In this document: piece after piece, positions 61,938 to 64,000 of the stretch
Numbering within the stretch: position 1 is the stretch's first letter
How the letters are laid out: each line of letters starts with the position of its first letter
Assembly (NCBI RefSeq): GCF_963921235.1
Contig: NC_086097.1
Span: 244,778,001-244,842,000, forward strand
Length of the DNA: 64,000 bases
Direction of reading: 5' to 3'
Source of the DNA: Mobula hypostoma
Lineage: Eukaryota
Program-made: the position numbers and the translations under genes
Notes under the pieces: model-generated
Seen by the model: the letters and a program-made list of their open reading frames with translations, nothing else
What the model was told of the DNA's origin: nothing
Database searches by the model: none

Positions 61938-62046
61938 GGGTTTGTAATTAATTAATTACTTGTTTAGCAGTACTTGGGTTTGCAACATTAATTACTTGTT
62001 TAGCCATACTCGGGTTTGCAACATTAATTACTTGTTTAGCAGCACT
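61938..62046 (+). repeat. Minisatellite, 3 x ~36 bp
   Basis: gggtttgcaacattaattacttgtttagc(a/c)... repeated three times. Confidence 0.9.
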
Positions 62047-62162
62047 AAAATGGACTTTGTTCTAGTTGTATTCTTGTAAAAAGCTGTGTATTATTTAGCT
62101 TTAATTTTTCTTGTGAATGCTGCTCATAATGGAGTTGAGAGAGAAAATAAATTGGCTATGAT

Positions 62163-62475
62163 AGGGTGGCAGTGTTGAGGGATGAGGTATATTCCTACCA
62201 AATGGCATGTAAAGTGCTCCTTCTTGCCGCCAGCCTGCGAGGTTTAGCACCTGCTTAGCACACCTCCCCCCCACTTCCTCCCCGGTGCATATCACAAGTC
62301 CTGGTTGTGTGACCACTGACACCAGGCAGACGATCTCTGAAGAGTATTGGTAATGGCTGGAGTCACCTGTCTTGTAAAGACGCTGCCCAGAAGATAGTGG
62401 CAAACCACTTCTGTAGATAAATTTGACAGTAACAATCATGGTCATGGAAACACCATACGACAGGACACATAATGA
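62163..62475 (+). mobile_element. RTE-related non-coding repeat; antisense paralog at ~33355-33685
   Basis: Shared blocks cagaag..ggcaaaccacttctgtaga and aacaatcatggtcatggaaa in both copies. Confidence 0.6.
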
Positions 62476-64000
62476 ATGAACAATGATGGAATAGTGGGGC
62501 AAGCTCAATGGGCCCAAATGGCCTCATTCTGCTCCTGGGTCTCATCATCTTTTATGCGGCTGTATGATAGTGATACTGCTGAAAGTATTACAGGATTTCT
62601 CTTTCTGCGGGATTTCCTTTGGCATGACTCTCCTCTTAGTTTTGATTGGGAACCTTCTGCAACCACTTGTGGGTTTGGTAATTCTGATCTCAGTTTGGAT
62701 CAGCAGTGCACAGACAGAGCACTGCCTGGCACTACAAGAGAAATGTGCTTGACCTTTTAAACATTGTTCATTTAAAACCTTCAGCATTACCTCTGTGAGT
62801 GAACACAGACAATGCCCTGAAAAATTTGTTAAATATTCTTTTTGGCACGCACTATTGAGTTGGCAAGTGACTGGCTGAAAAAAAGTGTGAGGATGTATGT
62901 TTGCAAAATTGCAAGCAGTTTGTTAGCACATTGATTGTTGACAGACTTACTAACATTTTGGGCCAAGTGCAAGCAAGTTTCTACACTTGAGAAAATGATG
63001 TAGTATTTTAAGCATCTGAAACATTAACTATAAAATTTGGGTGTATTTGCAGGCTGGTTTTTACACTGCTAAATGCCAGTAAAAGAGCAATATAATGTTG
63101 CCCCCTACCTTGCATTGCATGCAGTGTGCTCAGGTAACTAAAGCAATTATAATCAGGTTAATTATCAAGATTCAAGGATGTTTAAAGGCACTTCCAATAC
63201 ATAAGTGTAAAGTAGAACAAAATAACTGTTACTCTGGATTCAATGCAGCATAAAAATTCGCATTAATATAAAGAACACAATAAAAAAAATCACAATAAAT
63301 ATAAATACATAAAATAGCTTGTATACATTGATTGTATGTCCATAAAGTAGTGCTAGGTTGTACGTAGGTGGTAGGCATATGTCGGAAAATTTGCTGTTTT
63401 GTGACAGCACAGCTGTGCAACACACACAAAAAGAACTACAAGTTGCAAATAATGTTCTGCAGATGCAAGAAATCCAGAGTAACAAACACAAAATCCTGGA
63501 GGAACCGCAGGTCAGGCAGCATCTATGGAATTTCAAATATTCCTCGAAAAGAAGAAAATGTGCTTTATTACCATAAAATAACTAAGAGAAAGAGTGAACT
63601 TTATGAGAAATAAAGGCAGGAAGAAGTATTTACTCAAATCTATCTGGCTAGTACAAAACCTCTTTTGATTTGTGGTGTGAATAAGGATTTTGTTTTAAGA
63701 GAAGAAAGAAGAGTACATCTCCTATTCTTGAGGGGAGAAATAGATGGTATTACAGAATAAGGAAGACATACTGGGAGCACTAGCGTGGAATTTGATGATG
63801 TTAATTAGATGGCGAGGGCAAGTGTAGCCATATGTTAATTCTGCATGGCAGGAGAAGCTGGTAAAAGCTGAAAATTAGGAGCAAGAGAGTCCTTTTAGCT
63901 ATGGTAAAGATTGAGAAAGGAAGGAGACATTGGATATACCTTCCTCAGTGGTACTTCTGATGGATCTCCATTTTGCCTCAAGCAGTATTTCCTCTACCAC

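Noticed and set aside
61938..62046. CRISPR-like 36-bp periodicity
   Set aside because: Units are directly tandem with no unique spacers, there are no cas genes, and the context is a vertebrate intron.
62163..62262. Possible HDV-like ribozyme at the 5' end of the RTE-related repeat (GGTGGCAG can pair with TTGCCGCC)
   Set aside because: I could not build P2, P3, P1.1 or J4/2 consistently, and the paralog at ~33600-33685 lacks the partner strand. A family consensus and covariance search would be needed.
1..64000. Intronic U4atac snRNA (known from a CLASP1 intron in mammals)
   Set aside because: The gene here looks like CLASP2, and I noticed no U4atac-like sequence on either strand (visual check only).

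Overview
Repeat-dense vertebrate genomic DNA, most likely from a cartilaginous fish (ray or shark; inferred from the CR1 LINEs with (CATAGAA)n tails and the SINE and Penelope content). It is the interior of one + strand gene, CLASP2 (CLIP-associating protein 2). I traced ten GT-AG exons (32878-61173) that join in one open frame of 1038 nt covering TOG2 and the start of the S/R-rich linker. I found no exon in the first 32.8 kb. The introns are layered with mobile elements. (1) A complete 4.2-kb Gypsy LTR element with a 4-bp TSD, tRNA-Trp PBS, PPT and a G_GGA_AAC -1 frameshift signal, nested in a CR1 that is itself nested in an older LINE. (2) Penelope-like elements (PLEs) carrying three intact minimal hammerhead ribozyme motifs. 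One sits in the loop of a perfect 53-bp hairpin flanked by a 13-bp direct repeat, sense to the CLASP2 pre-mRNA and about 230 nt upstream of an exon. (3) An internally deleted Tigger/pogo transposon with a long internal palindrome. (4) Tc1, hAT, Rex/Babar-like, R4/Dong-like, RTE-related and SINE remnants. Most ORFs in the supplied track are TE fragments or spurious. All protein family calls come from my recall of the families, not from a database search.
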